Shown: piece after piece, positions 44,003-52,404 of the stretch
Layout of the letters: every line of letters starts with the position of its first letter
Numbering within the stretch: the stretch's first letter is position 1
Assembly: GCA_035483595.1 (NCBI GenBank)
Contig: DATHPU010000008.1
Location: 7,762 to 71,761, forward strand
Direction: 5' to 3'
Length of the DNA stretch: 64,000 nt
From: Solirubrobacteraceae bacterium
Lineage (GTDB): Bacteria; Actinomycetota; Thermoleophilia; Solirubrobacterales; Solirubrobacteraceae
The notes under the pieces: generated by a model
Told to the model about the DNA's origin: nothing
Seen by the model: the letters and a program-made list of their open reading frames with translations, nothing else
Databases searched by the model: none
Position numbers and translations under genes: made by a program

Positions 44003-44860
44003 TCACACGCCCAGCGCCCGCCGCGCGACGCGGTCGAACACCAGGTCCGGCAGCAGGCGCCTGGCGATCAGCATCGCCTTCGCGTCCCTGCCGACGACGT
44101 AGCGCGCCTTCATACGCGACTCCGTGAGCGCCCGCTCGATCGTCGCCGCCACCTGCTCCGGCGGCACGCCGCGCCGCGCCGTGTCCTCCAGCACCTTGTC
44201 CATCGCCGCAGGGATCTTGCCGTACACGTCCTGCAGCTCCGCCGGGATCGTCACACGGTCGGCCTGCTCGCGGCTCTTGTCCCAGATCGGCGTCGCCACT
44301 GACCCCGGCTCGATCAGCGCCACGCGCACACCGGAGCTGCGCAGCTCCACGCGCAGCGCGTCGCCGAACGCCTCGATCGCGTGCTTGGACGCCGCGTACG
44401 GCGACGTGAACGGCATCGCCACGCGCCCGCCGATCGACGACACGAACGCGATCCGCCCGCCCGCGCGGCGCAGAGCCGGCAGCAGCGCGTTCGTGACCGC
44501 CACCTGCGCGAACACGTTGACCTCGAACTGCATGCGCAGGTCATCAGCCGAGACCAGCTCCAACGGGCCGCCGATGCCGATGCCAGCGTTGTTGACCAGC
44601 GCATCCAGACCGCCGCGCGAGGAGACGCCCGCGCGGGCCCCCTCCTCCTCGACGCGCTCGCGCGCCGCCGCCACCTGCGCCGCGTCGGTCACGTCCAGGC
44701 CCAGCGGGATCACTCGATCGCTGCCGGCCTGCTCGCGCAGCCGCTCGCCCGCGTCGGGGTTGCGCACGCCGGCGAGCACCGTCCAGCCGCTGGCCGCCAA
44801 GCGCAGCGCAGTCGCCTGGCCGATGCCGGTCGACGCGCCGGTGATCAGTGCGAGCGCCAT
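44003..44860 (-). CDS. Short-chain dehydrogenase/reductase
   Basis: TGASTGIG, NNAG, YAASK. Confidence 0.92.
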   Translation of the reverse strand: MALALITGASTGIGQATALRLAASGWTVLAGVRNPDAGERLREQAGSDRVIPLGLDVTDAAQVAAARERVEEEGARAGVSSRGGLDALVNNAGIGIGGPLELVSADDLRMQFEVNVFAQVAVTNALLPALRRAGGRIAFVSSIGGRVAMPFTSPYAASKHAIEAFGDALRVELRSSGVRVALIEPGSVATPIWDKSREQADRVTIPAELQDVYGKIPAAMDKVLEDTARRGVPPEQVAATIERALTESRMKARYVVGRDAKAMLIARRLLPDLVFDRVARRALGV

Positions 44861-44936
44861 ACAGATGACGTTATCCGACTGCGCCGCGTGTGAGAGCCCT
44901 CATCGCACGATTACCCCGCCCTTAGTATTCGCGGCG

Positions 44937-46241
44937 ATGGTTGCGCGCGTGAAAAAGTGCCCGCTTGCAGGGCGGCCTAGAATCGCCGCGCTCGCGCTCG
45001 CCGTGGGGCTCCTCGCATCCGTCTGTGGCTGCGGCTCCACCCCGGCGGCGCGCGTCGCCGCCGCCGTCACGCCACAGCCGGCGGACGCGCCCAGCGCGTG
45101 CTCGGCGGCGGTGCTGGACACGCTCTCGAGCGTCGTCCAGCGCGTCTACCTCGAGGGCGTGCACGGCGAACGGATCGGCAGCGCCGAGTACCTGATCGAA
45201 CACTCGCAGGCGCTGCGCACGGCCGTGGAAACCGGAAACCGGACGCTTGCGCGCGCCGCAGCACACGCGCTGCTGGCCACCGGACACCTGACGGACCTGA
45301 GCATCACGCGCGGCGGGCAGTCGTTCCTCGAAGTGGGCGGAGCGGCGCTCGCGCCGCTGCACGGCACGCTCGTGGGCGCCGCCGGAGCGCCGATCGGCAG
45401 CTACCTGGCGAGCGTGTGGGCCGACAACGGCTTCCTGATCGAGGCGCGCGGGATCTCCCAGGGCCTGGTCGCGCTGCGCGCGGGCACCGCCACGGTCGCC
45501 GGCTCCCCCGCGCTCGGCTCGGGCACCGTGCCAGACGTCGGCGCGGCGACGTTCGAACATGCCGCCTACAGCTACACCTCGTTCCCGGCCGAGGCCTACC
45601 CGTCGGGGGCGCTGCGCGTCTACCTGCTGATCCCCGCCCGCATGAGCGCCTCGCTGTGCGGGCGCACGCGCGAGGACACCGTCGTCAACACGCTGCGAAG
45701 CGTCGCCCATCTGATCTACGCCGGCGAGAGCGGGCAGAGCGCGCAGAAGCAGGTGCGCCGCGTGCAGCGCAACCAGGCGCTGCTGCAGGCGGTCGCCAAC
45801 CGCGAACCGGCCGCCACCGAAGCGGCGATCAAGACCCTGCTCAACCAGCACATCGTGCGCATGCGCGTCAGCGCCGGTGGACAGCTGCTGTCGGACGTCG
45901 GCGGGCCGTACGTGCTCGCCCCGATCGACGCGGCGCTGCGCCTGCACGGCCACACGGTCGGCAGCGTCGTGCTCTCGATCCAGGACGACGAAGGCTATCT
46001 GCGGCTCACGCGGCGGCTGGCGGGGCTGGACGTGCTCATGTACATGAACACCGGTCCGGGCGCGCCGCAGCTGGTCAAGGACAGCCTCGGCCCCGCGCCC
46101 GGCCCGCCGCTCGCAAGTGTGCCCGCGAGCGGCTCCTACCGCTACCGCGGGCACACCTACCGCGTGTTCACCGTCCGCGCCGAGGCGTTCCCGTCGGGGC
46201 CGCTGACGGTCCGCGTGCTGGTGCCGATCCCCTACCTCTGA
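44937..46241 (+). CDS. Hypothetical lipoprotein with an internal tandem domain duplication
   Basis: Signal peptide ending VCGC; two homologous halves ending AEAYPSGALRV / AEAFPSGPLTV. Confidence 0.7.
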   Translation: MVARVKKCPLAGRPRIAALALAVGLLASVCGCGSTPAARVAAAVTPQPADAPSACSAAVLDTLSSVVQRVYLEGVHGERIGSAEYLIEHSQALRTAVETGNRTLARAAAHALLATGHLTDLSITRGGQSFLEVGGAALAPLHGTLVGAAGAPIGSYLASVWADNGFLIEARGISQGLVALRAGTATVAGSPALGSGTVPDVGAATFEHAAYSYTSFPAEAYPSGALRVYLLIPARMSASLCGRTREDTVVNTLRSVAHLIYAGESGQSAQKQVRRVQRNQALLQAVANREPAATEAAIKTLLNQHIVRMRVSAGGQLLSDVGGPYVLAPIDAALRLHGHTVGSVVLSIQDDEGYLRLTRRLAGLDVLMYMNTGPGAPQLVKDSLGPAPGPPLASVPASGSYRYRGHTYRVFTVRAEAFPSGPLTVRVLVPIPYL

Positions 46242-46267
46242 GCCGTCGTTACAGGCAGATCGCTGGC

Positions 46268-47383
46268 CTACGCCGGCGCGAGCGACGCCTGCTTGTCGCG
46301 CAGCGACCCCAGCAGCTGCGCGAAGGACTCCGAGAATTTCTCGACACCCTCGCGCTCCAGCGTGTCCGTGACGTCATCGTAGTCGACGCCCGCGCGCGCC
46401 AGCTCGTCCAGGAGCGCGCGCGCCTGCTCGAGCTCGCCCTGCAGGCGCGGCTGCGGCTCGCCGTGGTCCTGGTAGGCCTTGATCGTCTCCTCCGGCATCG
46501 TGTTGACGGTGTCGGGGCCCAGCAGCTCATCGACGTACAGCGTGTCCGGGTACGCGGGGTTCTTGGTCGACGTCGAGGCCCACAGCACGCGCTGCGGTGT
46601 GGCGCCCTTGCCCGCCAGGTACTCCCAGCGCGGGCCGCTGAACGCCTCCAGGTAGTGGGCGTACGCGAGCTTGGCGTTCGCGATCGCGAGCTTGCCCTGC
46701 AGCTCCTGGGGCGCTCCGACCTCCTGCAGCCTGCGGTCGGCCTCGGTGTCGATGCGCGAGACGAAGAAGCTCGCCACCGACGCCACCGCGCGCGGGTCGC
46801 CGCCCTCGGCGACGAGGCGCTCGATGCCGCGGATGTAGGACTCGGCGACCTCGGCGTAGCGCTGCAGCGAGAAGATCAGCGTGACGTTGATCGAGCGTCC
46901 CTTGGCGATCACGTCCTCGATCGCCGCCAGCCCCGGCTTGGTGGCCGGGATCTTCACCATCAGGTTGGGCCGGTCGACGCTGCCGTGGATGCGCATCGCC
47001 TCGCGGAACGTGTGCAGCGTGTCGTACGCGAGCCGCGGGTCGACCTCGAGCGACACGTACCCGTCGCGTCCGCCGCCGCCGTCCCACACCGGGCGGAACA
47101 GGTCGCAAGCGTCCCTGATGTCCTGTTCGGCGAGCGCCCAGAACGCCTGCTCTTCGCCCGCGCCGCTCGACGCCAGCTCGTGCAGCTGCGCGTCGTAGGC
47201 GCTGCCGGCGCTCATCGCCTTCTCGAAGATCGTCGGGTTCGACGTGGCGCCCACCACGGAGTAGTCGTCGATCAGCTCCTGCAGGTGGCCGCCGCGGATC
47301 GACTCGCGAGAGAGGAAGTCGACCCACACGCTCTGGCCGAGATCCGAGAGACGCTCGAGTGGAGAGGCTGAGTCGGAGGGCAT
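46268..47383 (-). CDS. tal: Transaldolase
   Basis: GATSNPTIF, VSLEVDP, VKIPAT, NVTLIFS, LWASTSTK. Confidence 0.95.
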   Translation of the reverse strand: MPSDSASPLERLSDLGQSVWVDFLSRESIRGGHLQELIDDYSVVGATSNPTIFEKAMSAGSAYDAQLHELASSGAGEEQAFWALAEQDIRDACDLFRPVWDGGGGRDGYVSLEVDPRLAYDTLHTFREAMRIHGSVDRPNLMVKIPATKPGLAAIEDVIAKGRSINVTLIFSLQRYAEVAESYIRGIERLVAEGGDPRAVASVASFFVSRIDTEADRRLQEVGAPQELQGKLAIANAKLAYAHYLEAFSGPRWEYLAGKGATPQRVLWASTSTKNPAYPDTLYVDELLGPDTVNTMPEETIKAYQDHGEPQPRLQGELEQARALLDELARAGVDYDDVTDTLEREGVEKFSESFAQLLGSLRDKQASLAPA

Positions 47384-47419
47384 CGTGTCTCCTGTCTGTA
47401 GCGCGGCGGGTGTTTCGCG

Positions 47420-49510
47420 TCAGTGTCCGGATTCAAGCAGCGCGCTTGCGCGCGCGAGGATGTTCTCGACGGTGAAGCCGAGCTCCTCGAGCACGGTAGT
47501 GCCGGGCGCGGACGCGCCGAAGCGGTCGAGGCCGAGCACGTCGCCGTCGAGGCCCACCCACTTCCACCAGCTCATGGTCGCGCCGGGCTCGACCGCCAGG
47601 CGCGTCCTCACGCTGGGTGGGAGCACCCCGTCGCGATACTCCTGCGACTGCTCCTCGAACAGGTCCATGCACGGCACCGACACGACGCGCACGCGCGTCC
47701 CCCGCTCCGCCAGCGAGCGCCCCGCGGCGAGCGTCAGCGGCACCTCGGCGCCCGTCGCCAGCAGCACGATCTCCGGCTCGCCCTGCCCCTCGCCGGCCGA
47801 GTCCCACAGCACATAGCCGCCGCGGCGCACGCCGTCGGCGCCGGCGAGGACGCTGCGGTCGAGCACGGTCACGTTCTGGCGCGAGAGCAGCAGCGCGACG
47901 GGCCCGTCCTCGCGCTCGAGCGCCACGCGCCACGCCTCGGCGGTCTCGTTGGCGTCGCCGGGGCGCATCACCCACAGGTGCGGGATCGCGCGCAGCGATG
48001 CGGCGTGCTCGATCGGCTGGTGGGTGGGGCCGTCCTCGCCGAGCGCGACGGAGTCGTGCGTCCACACCCACACGACCGGCAGTCCCATCAGCGCGGACAG
48101 GCGCACGGAGCCGCGCATGTAGTCGGAGAACGTCAGGAACGTGGAGCCGTACGGTTTGACGATCCCGCCGTGGACGGCCAGACCGTTGACGATCGCGCCC
48201 ATCCCGTGCTCGCGGATGCCGAACGGAACGTTCCTGCCGGCGTGGACCCGCGAATACTCTCCGCCGCCGTCGAACACGGTCTTGGTCGACTCGACCAGGT
48301 CGGCGGCGCCGCCCGCCATCGTCGGCGCGTACTCCGCGAACGCCGCCATCACCTTCTGTCCCGCGGAGCGCGTCGCGATCTCCTCGCCCGCCTCGAACAC
48401 CGGCAGCGACTCGCGCCAGCCCTCGTGCATCTTGCCGGCCCACGCCAGCCGCCAGTCCTCCACCAGCTCCGGGAAGGCCTCGCTCCACGCGTCGAAGCGC
48501 TCCTGCCACTGCGCCTGCACGGTGTCGCCGCGCTCGCGCAGCGACATGTGCTCGTACACGCGCTCGTCCACCCAGAAGCGGCGGTCGGGGTCGAAGCCCA
48601 TCACCTGCTTGGTCGCCCGCACCTCGTCTTCGCCGAGCGCCGCGCCGTGCGCCTTGGCGGTGTCGACCGCGTGCGGCGCCGGGAACGCGATGTGCGAGCG
48701 GATCGCGATGAACGACGGGCGCTCCGTTTCATCGCGCGCCGCCGCGATCGCCGCCTCCAGCGCCTCGACGTCCTCGGAGTCCGCGACGCGCTGGACGTGC
48801 CAGCCGTCGGCGGCCATGCGCGCGGCGTGGTTCTCGCCGTCGAAGGAGATCGAGGTGGTGCCGTCGATCGTGATGTGGTTGTCGTCGTAGCAGACGACCA
48901 GCTTGCCGAGCGCGAAGTGACCGGCGATCGACGCCGCTTCCTGGCTGACGCCCTCCATCAGGTCGCCGTCGCCGCAGATCACGTACACGTGGTGATCGAC
49001 CAGCTCCCGGCCGGGGCGGTTGTAGCGGTCGCCGAGGAAGCGCTCGGCCATCGCCATGCCGACCGCGTTGGCGAAGCCCTGCCCGAGCGGTCCCGTCGTG
49101 ACCTCGATGCCCGGCGTGTGGCCGCGCTCGGGGTGCCCCGGCGTGCGCGAGCCCCACTGGCGGAACTGCTGCAGGTCCTCGAGGCCGAGGTCGAAGCCGC
49201 ACAGGTGCAGCAGCGAGTACTGCAGCATGCACGCGTGGCCGGAGCTCAGCACGAAGCGGTCGCGGTCCGGCCACTCGGTGTCGCGCGGGTTGACCCGCAG
49301 GAAGCGCTGGAACAGCGTGTAGGCGAGCGGCGCGAGCGCCATCGCGGTGCCCGGGTGGCCGGCGTTGGCCTTCTGCACCGCGTCCATCGCGAGCGCGCGG
49401 ATCGTGTCGATCGACAGCTTGCGGATCTCCGCGTCCGTGCCCGCCGTCGCCACCGCCTGGCCGCCGCCCGCGGCGACGGCGCCCTCACTCGACGGCGGTG
49501 GTGCGGACAT
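47420..49510 (-). CDS. tkt: Transketolase
   Basis: GHPG, DRFVLSSGH, GDGDLMEG, GEDGPTHQP. Confidence 0.96.
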   Translation of the reverse strand: MSAPPPSSEGAVAAGGGQAVATAGTDAEIRKLSIDTIRALAMDAVQKANAGHPGTAMALAPLAYTLFQRFLRVNPRDTEWPDRDRFVLSSGHACMLQYSLLHLCGFDLGLEDLQQFRQWGSRTPGHPERGHTPGIEVTTGPLGQGFANAVGMAMAERFLGDRYNRPGRELVDHHVYVICGDGDLMEGVSQEAASIAGHFALGKLVVCYDDNHITIDGTTSISFDGENHAARMAADGWHVQRVADSEDVEALEAAIAAARDETERPSFIAIRSHIAFPAPHAVDTAKAHGAALGEDEVRATKQVMGFDPDRRFWVDERVYEHMSLRERGDTVQAQWQERFDAWSEAFPELVEDWRLAWAGKMHEGWRESLPVFEAGEEIATRSAGQKVMAAFAEYAPTMAGGAADLVESTKTVFDGGGEYSRVHAGRNVPFGIREHGMGAIVNGLAVHGGIVKPYGSTFLTFSDYMRGSVRLSALMGLPVVWVWTHDSVALGEDGPTHQPIEHAASLRAIPHLWVMRPGDANETAEAWRVALEREDGPVALLLSRQNVTVLDRSVLAGADGVRRGGYVLWDSAGEGQGEPEIVLLATGAEVPLTLAAGRSLAERGTRVRVVSVPCMDLFEEQSQEYRDGVLPPSVRTRLAVEPGATMSWWKWVGLDGDVLGLDRFGASAPGTTVLEELGFTVENILARASALLESGH

Positions 49511-49555
49511 TGCAGTCGATCCTACCCCGATCCGGCCCGCTACAGTCGCTGGATC

Positions 49556-50500
49556 ATGTCCGAGCAGTTCTGCGACGTCGGCAGGGGCATCACCCTCTGC
49601 TACGAGACCTTCGGCGAGCCCTCAGATCCGACAGCGCTGCTGATCATGGGCCTCGGCACGCAGATGGTCGCCTGGCAGGAGGACTTCTGCAACGAGCTGG
49701 CCGCGCACGGCCTGCACGTGGTCCGCTTCGACAACCGCGACATCGGGCGCTCGACGCACGTCAGCGGGCGCCCGCCCACGACCGCGCAGCTGCTCACGCG
49801 TTCGCCGCGCGCCGCCAGCTACACGCTGCGCGACATGGCCGACGACGTCGCCGGGCTGCTGTCCGAGCTGGACCTCGCGCCCGCGCACGTGATCGGCGCC
49901 TCGATGGGCGGCATGATCGCGCAGACGTTCGCGGTGCACCACCCGCAGGCGGTGCGCTCGTTGACGTCGATCATGTCCAACACGGGCAGCCGCCTCACCG
50001 GCCAGCCGTCGCTGCGCGTGTACCCGATCTTCCTGCGCCGGCCGCCAGAAGGGCGCGCGGCGCGGATCGCGCACATCGAACGGCTGTTCAGCGTGATCGG
50101 CTCGCCCGGGCTGCCGCACGACGACGCGGACCTGCACGCGATCGCCGCCGCCAGCTACGAGCGCGACCACGACCCCGCTGGGCCGGGCCGCCAGCTCGCC
50201 GCGATCATCGCCGCCGGCAACCGCACCGCCGAGCTGATGCGCATCACCGCGCCGACGCTCGTCATCCACGGCACGGCGGACCCGCTGATCGCGCCCTCCG
50301 GCGGGCGCGCGACCGCGCGCGCGATCTCGGGCGCTGAGCTGATGCTGATCGAGGGCATGGGCCACGACCTGCCGCGCGCCGTGTGGCCGCGGCTGATCGA
50401 GCGGATCGCCGAGCACGCCTCGCGCGCCGATGCGCTGGCGGCAGCCGACGCGGACGACCTGCCCCTGCCGGCCCGCTCCCCCTCGCGGACCGGCAGCTGA
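49556..50500 (+). CDS. Alpha/beta hydrolase (esterase)
   Basis: IMGLG, RFDNRDIG, GASMGG, GMGHD. Confidence 0.9.
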   Translation: MSEQFCDVGRGITLCYETFGEPSDPTALLIMGLGTQMVAWQEDFCNELAAHGLHVVRFDNRDIGRSTHVSGRPPTTAQLLTRSPRAASYTLRDMADDVAGLLSELDLAPAHVIGASMGGMIAQTFAVHHPQAVRSLTSIMSNTGSRLTGQPSLRVYPIFLRRPPEGRAARIAHIERLFSVIGSPGLPHDDADLHAIAAASYERDHDPAGPGRQLAAIIAAGNRTAELMRITAPTLVIHGTADPLIAPSGGRATARAISGAELMLIEGMGHDLPRAVWPRLIERIAEHASRADALAAADADDLPLPARSPSRTGS

Positions 50501-50538
50501 GCAGGACCCCCAGCCCCTCCGTCTTCCCAGCTTCCCTC

Positions 50539-50739
50539 TCAGCGTCCCTGCGGGCGGCGGTTGCACGCGCGCAGGCCCAGCATCGAATGCGAGCGAGCGC
50601 TCGCGCACCAGCACCCCGGCGACTGCACGCGCACGAGCCAGTGCAGGTCGTGCCGGCAGTGTGAGCGGCGGTACGGCCAGCGGCCGTGCAGCGCGCGGAG
50701 CATCCTGTGCTCGTGGCAGGTGAACAGCCTCATCTCCAT
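50539..50739 (-). CDS. Putative small Cys/His/Arg-rich protein (66 aa)
   Basis: GGAGG RBS before ATG; MEMRLFTCHEHRMLRALHGRWPYRRSHCRHDLHW...CWC; AT-rich promoter-like DNA upstream. Confidence 0.35.
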   Translation of the reverse strand: MEMRLFTCHEHRMLRALHGRWPYRRSHCRHDLHWLVRVQSPGCWCASARSHSMLGLRACNRRPQGR

Positions 50740-50861
50740 CTGAACCCTCCGTCCAGCGTCTGGTCTCGCATCATGCTCGACCCCATACCCCATCGTCATC
50801 CGTTCCATCACTCGCCGGGAACCAGTCCCTTGCAGAGACATATAAATCACGTTTTACGCAG

Positions 50862-50891
50862 GATGTCAACTTTAGATTCGAGATTGACATC
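50862..50891. promoter_or_regulatory. Inverted repeat GATGTCAA-N14-TTGACATC in an AT-rich patch
   Basis: Perfect 8-bp arms, each containing TTGACA. Confidence 0.6.
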
Positions 50892-51057
50892 TGGACCGAT
50901 GGACGAGCGGTGCGGCGTCGACCGCGGGGGACGCGCTGGAGGCGCCGTCGGGCGGGCGCTCGGGCGAGTCTCGAAGGGCAGAGCTGCGGCTGTCGTGAGC
51001 CGCGAACGTCGGAGATCGCGCAGACGGCCTGAGACGCTGCGCGGCGAAGACGGAGAG

Positions 51058-51153
51058 TGCGCCCGGCGGGAATCGAACCCGCGGCCTGCGGCTTGAAAGA
51101 CCGCTGCTCTTTGGCTCCCCAAAGAGAACCGTTGACCACTGAGCTACGGGCGC
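51058..51153 (-). tRNA. Atypical tRNA / tRNA-like RNA, anticodon TTC (Glu), with a 31-nt D-loop
   Basis: Acceptor GCGCCCG/CGGGCGC+A, D stem GCTC/GAGC, anticodon arm GCGGT-CTTTCAA-GCCGC, T arm GCGGG-TTCGATT-CCCGC; CCA not encoded. Confidence 0.85.
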
Positions 51154-51161
51154 GCGCTGTG

Positions 51162-51190
51162 AATATGTATACGAATCGACGTTTCGTCGA
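51162..51190 (-). promoter_or_regulatory. Promoter of the tRNA-like gene with overlapping palindrome
   Basis: TCGACG (51185-90)-N17-CATATT (51162-67); perfect dyad TCGACG-TTT-CGTCGA at 51176-51190. Confidence 0.55.
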
Positions 51191-51274
51191 GGACCTTATT
51201 CTAAGCACGCCCGCGCCGCATCGGCGTCGCCGCCTGGCGGTGTCTCCCACGGTGCCGGGGGCCCGCGACGCCGC

Positions 51275-52309
51275 TCAGGGCGTGAGCACGATCTTGAGCG
51301 CCTCGCGCCGGTCGTACACGGCGTAGGCCTCGGGCGCTTCTTCGAGCTTCATGTGGTGGGTGACCAGCGCGGCGGGGTCGAGCACGCCGGCAGAGAGCAT
51401 CGCGAGCACGCGGTCGACGTGGCCGATCACGTTGGCGTGGCCGCCGCGCAGCGTGAGCGCCTTCAGCCACAGCAGGCCCATGTGCACCTCTGCCCGCTCG
51501 GCGTAGACGCCGATGCACTGGATGGCGCCGCAGTTGCGCGTGAGGCGGATCGCGCTCTCGAGCACCTTGGGGTCGCCGACGGCGTCGATCGACACGTCGA
51601 CACCACGCCCTTCGGTGGCGCCGCGCACGGCCGCGCGGACGTCCTGCTCGGCGAGGTGCAGCGGCTCCGCGCCGAAGGACTCGGCGACGGCGAGGCGCGC
51701 GGGCACGGAGTCGATCGCGAACACGTGCCCGGCGCCGCAGGCCTTGGCGGCCTGCACGGCGCACAGCCCCACCGGACCGAGCCCGAGCACGGCGACGACG
51801 TCGCCGGGGCGCATGCCGCTGTCGACGACCGCGTGGAAGCCGGTGCCCATGACGTCGCCGGCGAACAGCGCCACGTCGTTGCTGAGCCCCTCGGGAACGC
51901 GGCGCAGGACGAAGTTGGAGTGCGGCACGAGCGCCATGTCGGCCTGCGTGCCCTGCAGCGAGCCGAGCGCGGCGCCGTGGCCGAACGTGCGCGAGTGCTC
52001 GCAGCGGTGGTAGAGGCCCTGCAGGCAGAAGAAGCAGCCGCCGCAGGCGGTCTGGAAGCAGCCGAGCACGCGGTCGCCGACCGCCACGCGCGTGACGCCG
52101 TCGCCGGCTGAGACGACGGTGCCGACGTACTCGTGGCCGATCGTGAAGCCGGGTTCGATCTGCACGCGGCCGTGGAAGATGTGCAGGTCGGAGCCGCACA
52201 CGCCGGTGGCCTCGATCCGCACGATCGTGTCTTCGGCGTCGACCAGCTCGGGCTCGGGCCGCTCCTCGACGCTGACGACGCCCGGGGCCTGGAAGGTGAC
52301 GGCTCGCAT
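51275..52309 (-). CDS. Zinc-dependent alcohol dehydrogenase (MDR)
   Basis: CGSDLH, GHEYVG, CGGCFFC..C, GLGPVG. Confidence 0.92.
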   Translation of the reverse strand: MRAVTFQAPGVVSVEERPEPELVDAEDTIVRIEATGVCGSDLHIFHGRVQIEPGFTIGHEYVGTVVSAGDGVTRVAVGDRVLGCFQTACGGCFFCLQGLYHRCEHSRTFGHGAALGSLQGTQADMALVPHSNFVLRRVPEGLSNDVALFAGDVMGTGFHAVVDSGMRPGDVVAVLGLGPVGLCAVQAAKACGAGHVFAIDSVPARLAVAESFGAEPLHLAEQDVRAAVRGATEGRGVDVSIDAVGDPKVLESAIRLTRNCGAIQCIGVYAERAEVHMGLLWLKALTLRGGHANVIGHVDRVLAMLSAGVLDPAALVTHHMKLEEAPEAYAVYDRREALKIVLTP

Positions 52310-52404
52310 GACGCAGCAGCCTACCGGGCTGTGCGCGGCGGCAGACGGTGGGGGCCGACGCCAGGCCTGGCGTCGGCACTCATGGTTGACATATTGTACG
52401 CAGC

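Noticed and set aside
50844-50871. dif-like site (GGATGTCAACT resembles a XerD arm; similar at 52385)
   Set aside because: No XerC arm at the required spacing.
50500-51057. Integrated prophage or ICE at the tRNA-like gene
   Set aside because: No integrase, and I saw no duplicated tRNA 3' end (att) in the window.
51107-51140. Archaeal-type BHB intron or group I intron in the tRNA-like gene
   Set aside because: I could not build a bulge-helix-bulge by hand, and the insertion is far too short for a self-splicing intron.
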